Assembly: GCF_037042905.1 (NCBI RefSeq)
Contig: NC_087250.1
Span: 28,398,001-28,462,000 of the forward strand
Origin: Lytechinus pictus
Lineage: Eukaryota
Direction of reading: 5' to 3'
Length of the DNA: 64,000 bases
Positions 26,561-38,998 of the stretch are shown piece after piece. The notes below the pieces were generated by a model. That model saw nothing but the letters and a program-made list of their open reading frames with translations. It had not been told where the DNA came from and did not search any database. Both the position numbers and the translations under genes were made by a program. Position 1 is the stretch's first letter. The number at the start of each line of letters is the position of its first letter.

Positions 26561-28737
26561 GTTGACTGACGCACTGCAGGGGGTCTTATGTTTCATTCAT
26601 TAAATCGATATTCAGGTTTTGATGCTGTTTATAGAAACCTTCCACAGACACCCTTCATCATCACCAATGGGGGACCTGCACTTTGCGTCTCCGTGATTTT
26701 ATATATTTTAAGAATGGACATTCGAATGAGCAGTTTTAGTTTCCTATAAGTTTCGGTTTATTTATTTATTTATATTTTCAAATAAAAAACATAAAAAAGT
26801 GTTTATGATTATGCAAAACACAATCAACGTCATGAAATATTTCAATTATAACTATAATAGGAGCATGATCGGAGTATAAACAAAGTTATTTTGAACACAA
26901 TAAACGTCATAAAATTATCCAATTATGAAAAAGATCTGAATTTAGATAAAGTGTAGTTAAAATATACCTATAGATTATCAAACTAGTTACAAATCCAATT
27001 ATCTTGGAAAATGAGAATTGGGGCCTTTTCACACTTGAATCTTGAATAATCATTGTAATGACATGAATGATGATTGCTATTGTTATCGTGACTGTGATTA
27101 GCGTTTGTGATTCTCATCATGTTCTAGTTTGGTCTTACACTGTACATGTGCTAAATATTCGTCATTAGCCGTATTCTTCACTAAAATCATCATTCAAATT
27201 ACGATTTTTTTCTTTACCGTGAGAAAGGGCGGCAAGTCACTTATTTAAAAGCAGAGCTTATATTTGCATGCTCATTTGGACATAATCCTAGTCATTGGTA
27301 TTTGATTACAGTCGATCGTCATCCTAAATAGAAAAAAGAGATAGTTAAGTATTTGATAATAGAGAAAAAAGACAATTGCCTCCGTAATTGATCGATTGAA
27401 TTTATTCTTCTTCATTTCAAACAAATTGACAAGGTAAGAACGAAACAAGACAGAATATGAATTATAGAAATAAAAAAGGGGAACTCACTGCAAAAACTTT
27501 GAAGAAAAGTATACTAATAAACATAAGGGTACAGACGCTTGAGAAATTGAGAAGGTAAAATCAAACCACATCTATTAAATGATATCATGCCATACATTTA
27601 ATATACAGTTTGTGATCATAATGGACATAAAATAATGATTAACATTTAACTACATGTATGTACTGTACAATTAACCTTGTTAACACTATCATGATTTCTG
27701 AATATGTCACGCCACGTCACAATCTATTACATGTAATTTGTTGTCGCCTCGATACCAAATTGACGGAATTCGAAAAACATTTTTCACATTTTGAAAGAAA
27801 TAAGAATAATTTTAGCGTTTATTATTTTCAGGGCTTCATTTTCATAACATCTCAGATTCCCAAGCGACTTTACAGCTCAGATTATAAAAGTTAAATAAAT
27901 GCTAACCAATGCCTTTAAGACTGAAGATTTGAAGCTACACATATGAGTCAGTGTGGTGTAGGTTGACGATCGTGCGTGTAATGGAATGTGAAATTATAGA
28001 ACGCGCAAGTGAGTGTTGAAGAGGAGGGGTTAAGAGGTTGAAAGAATTCAAGGAGGCATATTAAGACGCTCATTAATGTGGATAGACACGATCTATTCTT
28101 GAGTGGGAGGTACCGGGTAAGGTGATGGGTGTTTAGAATCTTATTAAACAGTGGATGAGATAATTCCTGAAAGCGGGTTATTATTATTATAATGATAATT
28201 TCTTGTTATAGTCCATTGTCTATTACTCTGCAGGTAAGGTAAATGTGCAATGCATGTGGAATTATAAAATTATTAGTGTTTAATTACATAACAAATTCAC
28301 CAAATGGACAATGCAACTCTATAACTGTTATATTTACCAATCAAAGTCTAGTCATTTGTTATTTAGTTGTTTGCATCCTATCACCGAATCTTGTATGTGA
28401 CATAGAGGCTGATGAGAAATTTGAAAAAAAAGACTTGACATAATCCCGATTCTGATGCAGATTTCTAGTAAATGTTAATTTCTTTTACAGAATTAAAAAG
28501 TCTCTAGTTGAAAATTATGATTAGGTACACTTAGACCATGGATAGGTCAATGCTTAGACTAAATCAATGAAATATGTTAGAACTATGTTTGCAGTAAGCG
28601 AACTCTGCTCCGGCCACAAAAATAGAACCATATCCAGACCAATTAAATCAAATATGTTATGTAGACTGGCATACCTTTTGGTAAGTTTGGAGTGGGTTCA
28701 GTTGATGAGACTGTGGCCTATTAAAGGAGCGGACCAG

Positions 28738-29008
28738 TGCCCTGTCTTACAACGTATTGCGATTGATTCAATTAATCTCAACTGTATGGAAATCCATCCA
28801 TATCATATTTCCTTTTTTCTACAGGAAATTTACACAAAACCCTTAGTACACAAGAAGAATTTCACCGAATCTTCCAGAGAACGACGAATGTATGAATATA
28901 CATTTTATCTAGAAAATATGTTAACATTTACATTTTAGAAGTTGACATTGCTGGCCGTCCATACTTGTGATTGATCGAATCAAACTCAAATCTTTGTAAG
29001 ACGGGGCC
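28738..29008. mobile_element. Harbinger-like MITE, same family as 38246-38721 in opposite orientation
   Basis: Termini gccctgtcttacaa / ttgtaagacggggcc; interior homologous to the reverse complement of 38280-38465. Confidence 0.75.
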
Positions 29009-30214
29009 AATGTGTAAGTTATACGTGAAGAAGATAATAATACGACCAATCTGATCGATCAACAACGATTCTCGACGATCGCGAGTGGTAAGTGTATCGT
29101 CCATTCCCCGCCATTTCACAGCGTGACAAGTGTGATGAAGATGATCGTGTTTCGTGTTGAATCTAATACAAGAAGTCATTCAGAGAAGGAGAAGAGTTCT
29201 TAACCTTCATTGGAGAGGAGTGTACCATATTAGGTTCAACTTTTCAAATGTTAACTGTTCATGGGGAAAAGGGAACATGTAGCTTTCGGTGTAAAATCGT
29301 ATAAACTAGTGGCCTAATAAAGCTGAGGGGCAAATCGTGGTGCATGGGCAAAATATCTAAGAAGGAGCGAGCGATCTACGCGGGCGACTGAAATCTTTGA
29401 CCTTTAAAGATTAAAAATCTAATTTTGTGATTAAAATTGACATAATTTTCATAACAAATAATTTATATCTATACAGCGGAATAGATGTTTGGAGATCGGG
29501 CTTATTTTGATGAGTTTTGTGCATCTCATCAAATAAAAAAAAAACTCTTGGCCGAGAATATAGGAGTTTGTGCGCATGCTTGAATTATGTCAGTAATTTT
29601 CCTACATAAGCAACAAGCATCAAGGCATTTTTTTTTTGGCAGCCTATCACATATTTCGCACCGTTTGTTATTTTACCTTATATTTTGTTTTGTTTGATTA
29701 AGTTTTATGTTCATTCTTGTGGTTTCTCTTCAAAAGTTAAAGACAGTCGAAAAGTTTTGATCAGTTTATTTTCAGCGACATATCAAATTATTAATTTTGC
29801 TTTAGAAAGAAGAGTATAGTTAGCTCAGCAAGTTTCTTCTTCTCTACTTGTTCATTGTGCATTTTTCAGGTAGTTCAAAATATGTAAATGACATGTACAG
29901 TGTAGATAACACTATTCCTCAAAATGGTAACATTTCTATGGCGGAATGGATATATTAACATAATTATTTATTCATTTTTTTAACTTAACAAATACTGTTT
30001 TTAAGAAAGATCTGCTGGCTTAAGATGACCAAGATGAAATTTATGACACTATTCCATTGGTAGAAAAGGCAAAACATCTCTTTAAGTCCTTTAGCGTAAA
30101 CATAATTCAGCAAGTACAAGTACTTCTCTCGGTTTATGACCCTCTTCTATCGCCTAAGCAATAAGGTGTAAAACCCTCAGGCAAACTACTCATTTTTTGC
30201 AATTGACTGATCAG

Positions 30215-30368
30215 GGTCGCGTCACAAAAAGAGTTGCCTTTTAAACACATTTCATAATTTAAGTTCAGAAAAAATGAGTCTCTAATGCGTGCGTTTGATT
30301 GGTCGAAAATCAAGTTAAATTTGAATTATGGAGTCGCTTTTGATCGTAACTCTTCGTGCAATGGGCTC
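30215..30368. mobile_element. Degenerate Harbinger-like MITE, family of 38857-38998
   Basis: cag|GG start, internal tttgattggtcgaaaatcaagtt, tgcaatgggctc end. Confidence 0.55.
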
Positions 30369-31157
30369 CAATGAATTAACGGTACCGCTAGGTATACAGC
30401 CGTTATATTGGCTCCTACAAAGTGGCGTCAATATATAATTACACGTTCATATATTGTAAAATTTCCTCAGATAATATGTACTTACACGTTTAGCAATTGT
30501 TTATGGGTTTATCTACGATGATCTATTTCTATTAATGAATTTATTGGTAAGAGCTTTCTCAATTCTTATTCATTTTTTTATATCTACTTAGTTATTTATA
30601 TATTCATGTACTTATCATCATCATTATTAATATAAGTATTACTGTAATTTTGTATTATTATCATTTTTATTATAACTATTATTGTTATCATTATCATTAT
30701 CATCATCATTATTTTTATCATTAATATTATTATTACTATAAGTATTATTATCATTATTATTCCATTCAATTCAATTCAAAATGGTTTATTAAAAATACTT
30801 TCTTTGCGGCAAAAGCCGATTTGCAAAAGTTTACATTTCAAACAACATCATCAATAAGAAGGTAAAAATAACTTATAGTAATACGAACAAATTTCAATAT
30901 AGACATATATGTATCAAAGTATATTATAAATGAATTTAAATCGATACTCACTGACTAAATAGGAAAATATGCAAAATACATGTAAATATACCTAATGTGT
31001 TACAATGAACATTTCATATTTTCTCGTTTGTAAGAAATATGTCAATTTAAACCTGGTGTTAGATTATAATATGATAATATTATTATCGTTATTGTTATTT
31101 TGACTTTTTGGTTGTAGACGGGATGTGGGATGATACAAATAGAGAATTCATCTTCAA

Positions 31158-31760
31158 AGGTCAAGTCCACCCTAGAAAATTGTTGATTTGAATGGATAGA
31201 GAAAAATCAAATGAACATAACACTGAAAATTTCATCAAAATCGGATTTAAAATAAGAAAGTTATGACATTTTAAAGATTCGCTTATTTTTCACAAAACAG
31301 TTATATGCATAACTCACTGATGTGCAAATGAGAGAGTCGATGATGTCACTCACTCACTATTTCTTTTGTTTTTTATTGTTTGAATTATACAATATTTCAA
31401 TTTTTACAGATTTGACAATTGGACCAACTTGATTTACCCACAAACTGTTAAGATAATGATAATTGCACATGTTCAGGGAGAAATAAAAGTTTGTTCCACA
31501 CGACGATGAGTAGAAAATTTGAATTTTTCATACTTCACATAATAAAATACAAAAGTAATAGTGGGTGGGTGACGTCATCTGTCTGCTCATTTGCATACCG
31601 ACCATGATGTGAATATAACTGTTTTGTGAAATTAAACAAAACTTTAAAATGTCATAACTTTCTTATTTTACAACCGATATTGATGAAATTTTCAATAGTG
31701 TGTTTGTTGGATTTTTCTCCTTTTATTCAAACCTACTTTTAATTGGGGTGGACTTTTCCT
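31158..31760. mobile_element. Kolobok-like MITE with long TIRs
   Basis: tcaa|AGGTCAAGTCCACCC ... GGGGTGGACTTTTCCT|ttaa with imperfect inverted arms of more than 100 bp. Truncated copy at 62318. Confidence 0.8.
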
Positions 31761-32214
31761 TTAAATACATCTTGAAGTTTATTACACAGTAACACAATGA
31801 AATACATACACTTTGGGGCTATGTTCTAAAATTTTCAGATATAGTATTTTAATTTCACCCTTTCAATTATCCCAAACACACTCACACTCTTTACCCTCCT
31901 ATTTTATTAGGAATATTCTAATAATATCAGACGTTAATACGCCCGGGGTAGGACAACTCGGACGATAACAATTCTTAATTGCATATTTCAAACAAATTTT
32001 GAGTAATGTGAGACATACACATGTATGAATGAAATGATAAACATATCGATCATTCAGGTAAACTAACATTTTCCTCATCCATTAACCCCCGTGTTTGTGT
32101 TTAGATTAATGAATAAGACAGGATCACAAAGGTTGTTAAGTTTTAATATATTTCAAACAGTCTTTTGGTAAAGATAGATAATCATGTATGAAATGATACA
32201 GATCCTCCTCTAAT

Positions 32215-32431
32215 GGAGTGTTGCAAAGAACTTGCAATTAATTGCACGTCCAGTTTAGGTTCTAAAATCAATTTAAAATCATGTATTTCAGTGCAAATTT
32301 GCAATTGATTGATGATCTTGTCCTTAGATTAACATGTATTAATCCATTTGCTTTGAGTTAAAATTTATTTATCAAAAGTAATTTTGCATCTGAAATTTGC
32401 AATTGATTACAAATATTTTATTGCAACACCC
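32215..32431. mobile_element. Harbinger-like MITE
   Basis: ggagtgttgcaa / ttgcaacacccc termini. Confidence 0.55.
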
Positions 32432-33422
32432 CTAACACTCCCATCAACGCCATTTCAGTCTCGGACGTAAATGTAGCCTTTACGTCTGCTTTAAAAGCGA
32501 ACATTATGTGCATAAAAATATAGAAATACGGCTCCTCCAGTAAATTCCCTCCAACCATCCCTCCACTCAACCATTTGACATTCCACAACCCATTACAACC
32601 AATGAACCACAATCTAATGCTCCTTACCAACAAACTCACTCTCACACAAATTGAAAGTCAAATTAAATTAGCAAGATCTCAATTACTTCGAATTTCTGCG
32701 CTGCTTGAGAGGGAATAGGAGAGAGGGAGGGGAATCAGTGAGAGAAAGGGAGCGAGTGAGACAGTGAGAGAGAGAGAGCGAGAGAGAAAGAGTGTGGATG
32801 TGTATGTGCGTGTGTGTGTGGAGGAGGGAGAAAGTGAGAGCGAGAGAAAGAAGCGCAGTTAAAAACATGGGTGGTTTTTAATGGACTCTTTACCTAAGTG
32901 TTTTCGTTTCACCCTTTCACCATGTTATCAACCTGCACTTTATACTTATTTTGATAAAGATAGAGTAATTTAGTTAGAGAGCGCGAAATCAATTTATATT
33001 TTCAGAAAGTGATGATGGTAGAAAACACTTGATCATTTTATTCGTCATTATAAGTTTTCGCTTTGAACTTGTTACGGCATTGCCGACTGGTCTATATTAT
33101 CTATACTAGCGGTCGAATCGACCGATGTATGTATGTACATGTACATTTTGTTTGGTCTCCTTCCACACAGTCTAGTTATCGTTATTCTTCAACTGGTTAG
33201 GATATCTTTATAATTTAGTTTACTTACATTTAAGCCATTTATCATTTTGTCTTGGTCCATTTAGGCTACACCACATTCTTTAATATCATCTTGGTATAAG
33301 ACCATTTAGTGTATATAGTTATATTTACTGTTTATGAACCTAATTTTCATCTGACAAAGTAAAAATTAGGTTGACCAGGTGGAAATAAGACCAACTAGGT
33401 ATTAAATAAATGTAAATTATTC

Positions 33423-33656
33423 TACTCTGTAGAAAATATTGGGGAAATTTAACCACTACAAGCCTGATTATGTGTCTAACCAAGTTGGGGCAGTATTTTA
33501 CCAAATGCGGGAAGCATATTGTCAAATAAGATACATTGGAATGGGCAAAATTTTTCATCAAACTGGAACAATAAAAATGCCCAAAAGAAATGTCGAATGT
33601 TGTTTGGACACATAATTACCCTCATGAAGCACTTTCGCCCAATATTCTTTAGAGTG
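33423..33656. mobile_element. CACTA-like MITE, apparently nested in an older agacca-repeat element
   Basis: Homologous to 5507-5703; ends cccaatattctttagagtg|ta. Both flanks resemble 54094-54490. Confidence 0.5.
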
Positions 33657-34980
33657 TAAGTGGTATTAGACCAAGTAAAGTATGTAGGTATTGGACAGGG
33701 TTAATTGTAGACCAAAACTCCATCTAAACCAAATTGATATCATAATAATTATGCAAATGGTACAACCTATGTGTTATTAGTCGTTACGACATATCTGCGA
33801 TTACACATTAAGTATTGACATGCGTCTATCTTCCGAAGAAGTGTAAAAAAAATTATGTTTCATGAGTCATCAAAATCATGTATTAGATTCTTGGGGACAG
33901 TAAATTTATTAGGTTAACATGAATGTCATTATAAATTACCAACTGAATGGCATGACTGTTATGACGATATCGAGTACTGCGTTTCAAGAAACGGTGTGAG
34001 ATTTCAAATTACAGAAACTGCAATTCATGTCTTTCCAATTATTTTTGAAAATTTAGTATTCCGGTCTTTTAACTCATCTTGTTTTAAAGAGTTAAGTTTG
34101 TTTGTCCAGGATAAATAATAAACGATTGCTTGAAATATCAACCAAGACATTTAAAGCTATTTCTACGTGGCATCAGTATTTTAAAAGTAATAACCTTCAG
34201 AGAACAGTCTATAGATTCCCTTATACATCATGGTCACCATTGTATCAATTTAACAGCCACGTCGATCACACCGACTCTGGATCGACCGATGCTATTACCT
34301 TATTACCTATGTCATATCACTAATCGATTTGAATAAACTTCTTTGGTGTGACTGTAGTAATAGGAATTCAATATTCCATGACGTCATTGCAGACATAGGT
34401 CCACTTGAGAGATGTTATATTCATATGTGCATTATTCAGAGGAAGAGTCGACATTGGGCGTCCCCAGGGTCCATCAAAACAAGTCGCTGATTTCAGCTCA
34501 TGGCCTCAACGCCACCTTATATAGTTCAGTGCCCGTTCAACTAGCTAGCTTCAACTTTATTATGGCAAAGGCGCACACCCCGGAACTGTGCATTGAATAA
34601 TCCTTATTAGATGCTACTCATTTCCAATTTATATGTGTTAGAACTTGATACATCCATGGTATTCATACGATTGCATTTGGTCGATTTCTTGAAATGTATG
34701 CAATCTTTCGAAAAAAAAAAAATATCAACCTTTTTCTTACGATTGTATTACCCCCAATGAACGATCAATAAATATCCTTTAGAATGTGCATGGTATGGTT
34801 TTGGAGATGGATGGGAGATTACGCACGATTGACGATAGTCTCAACACGTACAGAATAAACAACACTTCGAGAAGGATAACAATCATATTTGGAGATGGAA
34901 CAACTCCAAAACCTGTTAATTACAGTAATTGTTATATTTTTTGCAATGAGCCTTGAACATTGAGCAGTTCCCGAACACTG

Positions 34981-35111
34981 GGTCCTGTAACACAAAGGTT
35001 AGCGATTAATCGTACGCTTGATTTTCACGATTAATTGTACATTGTAGTCAATGCGATCAATCGCAGAAAAATGTTCTACAATCATTGCTATAAACTTTGT
35101 ATTACGGGCCT
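34981..35111. mobile_element. Harbinger-like MITE
   Basis: ctg|GGTCCTGTAACACAAAG...CTTTGTATTACGGGCCT|ctg. Reverse-complement copy at 53399-53528. Confidence 0.75.
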
Positions 35112-36182
35112 CTGGTAAAAAAACGTCAATAGTTCGCCATGTTCATGTTATTCAACAGGCATGTCCATCTCTTTTATATTTGCCTGTTTGTATGTTCTAA
35201 CCATATATTATTCTGTTGTTCTGTTCAACTTACCATGTCTTACCCAATACGGCAACACCTGAAATATGTCTTAAAAGGACAATCAAAATATATTAATCTA
35301 CATGGCATTTCTTAGATTTACCATGACATTTGTGAATTGAAGGCTAATGTCGGATTTTTCTTTTCATTCTTTCTCTCCCTCTTCTACCTCGATGAACCGA
35401 TAAATGACGTCATCTTAGGTGAGTAATCAAGCCTCTTATCTTCGTTTAACTCACATTTCAAATGAAAATGATTTTGTACCATTAACAAACCGTTACAACC
35501 TACATAAACAGAAGGACCTTTAAAATGTAAATGCATCATAAAAAATATCCCACTTTTGCTCAGGCGAATTTGATGGAAGACAGCAATATTAGTATATCAC
35601 GTGACAACATCATTTAAACCAAAAACACTTACAATATAGTGATCTATTACGCGGCTAATAGCAATATCACCCCGGACTATGAAAGAATAATGGTAACCGC
35701 GGTGTATGTTTCAATATTGAAATGGGAATTGGCGCCTCGATGCTTTTAGTCAAAAGAACAAGAGTTCTTAGCGCGTAACTTATTGAGGTAAACCTCGCCG
35801 ATCATTTACTTAGCTTTTTATTTTTTAACGTAACGTAAACAGATTGAGTGCTAGGGCCTTTTATTTTGTTTCTTTAATGCTTTTTTTTAGTTTGAGCTGC
35901 TCTTCCACACAACAATACTTTATCATATTTACGGATACCCTCAAAAGCGTTCAGGTCTATTATTTTAGCCGATTACTTTTCATAAAACGAGGACAACATC
36001 ATACGAAAATGTTCTCAATTACCCTATTCAGTATTATTGAAATGCAGCCAATGGGTGTGACCCTTTCCCTAAATGCTAACATGATCAATGCCAAACGAAA
36101 TTATTCTTATCGCTCTCATCATCATTACAGCGAATGCATTAACAACGTACAAGTAAATCAAATCACAAGAATTCTATGTGGA

Positions 36183-36294
36183 GGGCCGGCCAATCGGAAA
36201 AGAAGTTTCGTCCAACGTTTCAAAGCTGACGAAAAATCGCTAATAAGTCCCGTCTAGACTTAAGGACGAAACTGCAGTTTCTATTCACCGAGCC
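36183..36294. mobile_element. Small palindromic MITE-like element
   Basis: Arms end in agtttcgtcc / ggacgaaact; similar to the inner part of 55245-55553. Confidence 0.45.
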
Positions 36295-36734
36295 TTGCCA
36301 AAATACTTCATTGTCCTAAAGGGCATATGACAATAGGTTCACTACGTTCCAGTAAGCGTTTGCGTTTCTGCTGTGATAACTCCCTTGTGACTAAATCTAA
36401 GTCGACAGTTTCTTGAGGTCCAGTCGTATAGAATGAGGTCGTTGTCCCCCTAAGTTCGCCTGGTTTTATTCTATCTCTACATAGAGTCAAGTATTACGTC
36501 TTATAATCATTAAGGTTGATGGATCACACCTAAACGTTTTGAAAAAAAAAGCTCTTAGCTGATAGTTGTTATTAGCTCATTGCCTATACATCCGTGTCTG
36601 GTGATATCTGCATCTACCATCGGTAAACCAGTTAGTAATAGTGTCTTACTCTTGAGGTAAAAAGATATACAGTTTCAGTCCACTTGATACTATCCCCCCT
36701 CCTCTCTCCCCTCCATCTTTATGCATGTCTCTCC

Positions 36735-37131
36735 GTTCTTTCTTTCTTTATTTATTTCTTTCTTTCTTTCTTTTCTTTATGTCTTTCTTTCTTTCTTTTT
36801 TCTCTCTCTTCTTTCTTTATTTCTTTCTTTCTGTTCTCTCTTTCTTTAGGTCTTTCTTTCTTTCTTTCTTTCTTTTTCTCTCTCTTCTTTCTTTATTTCT
36901 TTCTTTCGTTCTTTCTTTCTTTCTTTTTGTCTGTCTTTCATTCTTTCTTTCTTTTTTTCTTAATTTCTTTCTTTCTTTCTTGTTTTCTTTATATCTTTAT
37001 TTTTTTCTTTCTTTTTTTCTCTCTTCTTTTTTTTTTAATTTCTTTCTTTACTTTTATATTTTTTTCTTTCTTCCTTCTTTCTTTTTTTTTTCTATTTTTC
37101 TTTCTTCCTTCCTTATTTCTTCTCAATTTTT

Positions 37132-37163
<32 letters not shown>

Positions 37164-37190
37164 TCGTTCTTTCTTTCTTTCATTATTTAT
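36735..37190 (+). repeat. (TTTC)n-type polypyrimidine microsatellite
   Basis: About 450 bp of degenerate tttc repeat; source of the Phe/Leu/Ser ORFs. Confidence 0.95.
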
Positions 37191-37756
37191 TCCTTACGTC
37201 CTTCTTTAACTTTTTTTTTTATTTATCAGTCTTTCTCTCTTTCTTTCCCCTTTTTCTCTCAGCCCCCCCCCCCCTCTCTGTCTCTTCATCTTTCCAAATG
37301 ATAATTTAGGTTCAACAATGGAATCGACCGATTTATTTAAGTACTTTTTATATAATTTTGAGTTTCGAGTTTCGTTTTATTTTAATTTCAACTTCATTTC
37401 AATTCAACAACATTCATGCACATGAATAAACAGTGTATTTCATTTATTTTTTTTATTTTAAATTAGGGTAAGATCATGATAAATACATTGAAGATATATA
37501 TAGAACGAACTCTATAAATACAGAAAATAAAGAGGAAGAAAGGTAACTCTCTTTTTTACTGAAGACTGCAAGGGATCCTTATAAGTCTAGTTTCTAGTCT
37601 GGATTATCAATCCAGGTAAGAGTGATACACCTTGTTTTTAATTTTGAGGTAATTTAGAAAACAAATATCACACCGCTAGTCAGGTGAGGAAACATATTGA
37701 GAATTAGTTCAAGAATTAGGGCAATGATTATACCACTGTGTGTACTTCGAAATCTG

Positions 37757-37872
37757 GGGCCGGTTTCAGATAGAGACACAACTTTAAGAATCAATCACAA
37801 GTATCTAATACAAGCATTCCATTGTTTATAAGGCAATTTGCATTTAATCCCAAATGTTTGTGCAATAGACCC
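37757..37872. mobile_element. Degenerate Harbinger-like MITE
   Basis: ctg|GGGCCGGTTTCA...TGCAATAGACCC|ctg. Confidence 0.5.
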
Positions 37873-38245
37873 CTGCCACTGAATGGTATGATAAGATAAT
37901 TATCTTGCTCAAACCTAATTTTCGAAATACGCTAAAAGTGGTTAGGATTGAAGCATAACTCCTGTTAGTAGCATTATATTGGCTAGCTAAGTTTCATGCC
38001 GTGATTAAAAAATGACTGCGATTTTAACTTAATAATAAAATATAAAAAAACGGCAACAACAATAATCACCATCTAATTCGCTGGTAATTCTTGCAAAATA
38101 ATAGTTTCAACATCATTTATGGGACCTTGCAAGAAAATTTTAGCAATAAATTGCAAATCTTAGTCGCGAATTAATAAAAGAGCGATAACCTAATTCCAAC
38201 CAAAGCAAATCAAATTTATTATTGATAATTCAAGAAGTAGACCAG

Positions 38246-38721
38246 GGGCTCATTTAACAAAGAGTTCGATTAATGTGATCCATCGCAATTATGGAAAGTC
38301 AGCAAAGTCTACATACAAAATGCATGTTTGTTCCAGAAAAAAATTCTAGATATGAATGCATATCCATAAATTCATTGATTTCTTGACAATTTGGTGTGTT
38401 CTCCCTTGTTTACAAAGGACATTTTGCAAATTTCCTGCGGAAAAAATTATGACACTTATATATTTCCAAAGAGTTACGATTAATTGGATCAATCGTAACT
38501 CTTTGTAAGACGGGGCCCAAAGAGTTACGATTAATTGGATCAATCGTAACTCTTTGTAAGACAGGGCCCAAAGAGTTACGATTAATTGGATCAATCGTAA
38601 CTCTTTGTAAGACGGGGCCCAAAGAGTTACGATTAATTGGATCAATCGTAACTCTTTGTAAGACAGGGCCCAAAGAGTTACGATTAATTGGATCAATCGT
38701 AACTCTTTGTAAGACGGGGTC
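38246..38721. mobile_element. Harbinger-like MITE with tandemly amplified terminus
   Basis: cag/ctg flanks; terminal 51-bp unit repeated 5 times (38467-38721). Confidence 0.8.
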
Positions 38722-38856
38722 CTGAAATCAATTAAAATATCTAAGATTGACTTGATATCGATTGTTATTTAGGAGTAAAGCTGAAGAATTGGGTGATTAG
38801 ATAGACCCTGACTCTCACCTCTTCATCATCAGACATTAAACCATTATATTCATCAG

Positions 38857-38998
38857 GGGCCCGTTGCAGAAAGAGTTGCAATGAATCGCAACTAGAATCA
38901 TGCGTAACTTGATTTTCAACCAATCAACAGCGCGCATTTGGGACTTGCAATTGATTTTTTAAACTGCGTTTAAACGCAACACTTTCTGCAACGGACCC
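38857..38998. mobile_element. Harbinger-like MITE
   Basis: cag|GGGCCCGTTGCAGAAAG...CTTTCTGCAACGGACCC|cag, with a perfect 3-bp TSD. Confidence 0.85.

Noticed and set aside
36226..36280. Hammerhead ribozyme-like motif (ctaataaGTCC...GGACGAAAC-tgca-GTT)
   Set aside because: The core next to stem II is CTAATAA rather than CTGANGA, no stem I pairing is evident, and ggacgaaact is explained as one arm of an inverted repeat. An Infernal search with Rfam hammerhead models would settle it.
36684..37309. Long Phe/Leu/Ser-rich ORFs (also 10658, 59844, 59875)
   Set aside because: Translations of (TTTC)n microsatellites.
38467..38721. CRISPR-like palindromic repeats and 17-aa repeat ORFs
   Set aside because: No spacers; the unit is a MITE terminus; the ORFs follow from a 51-bp unit without stops.
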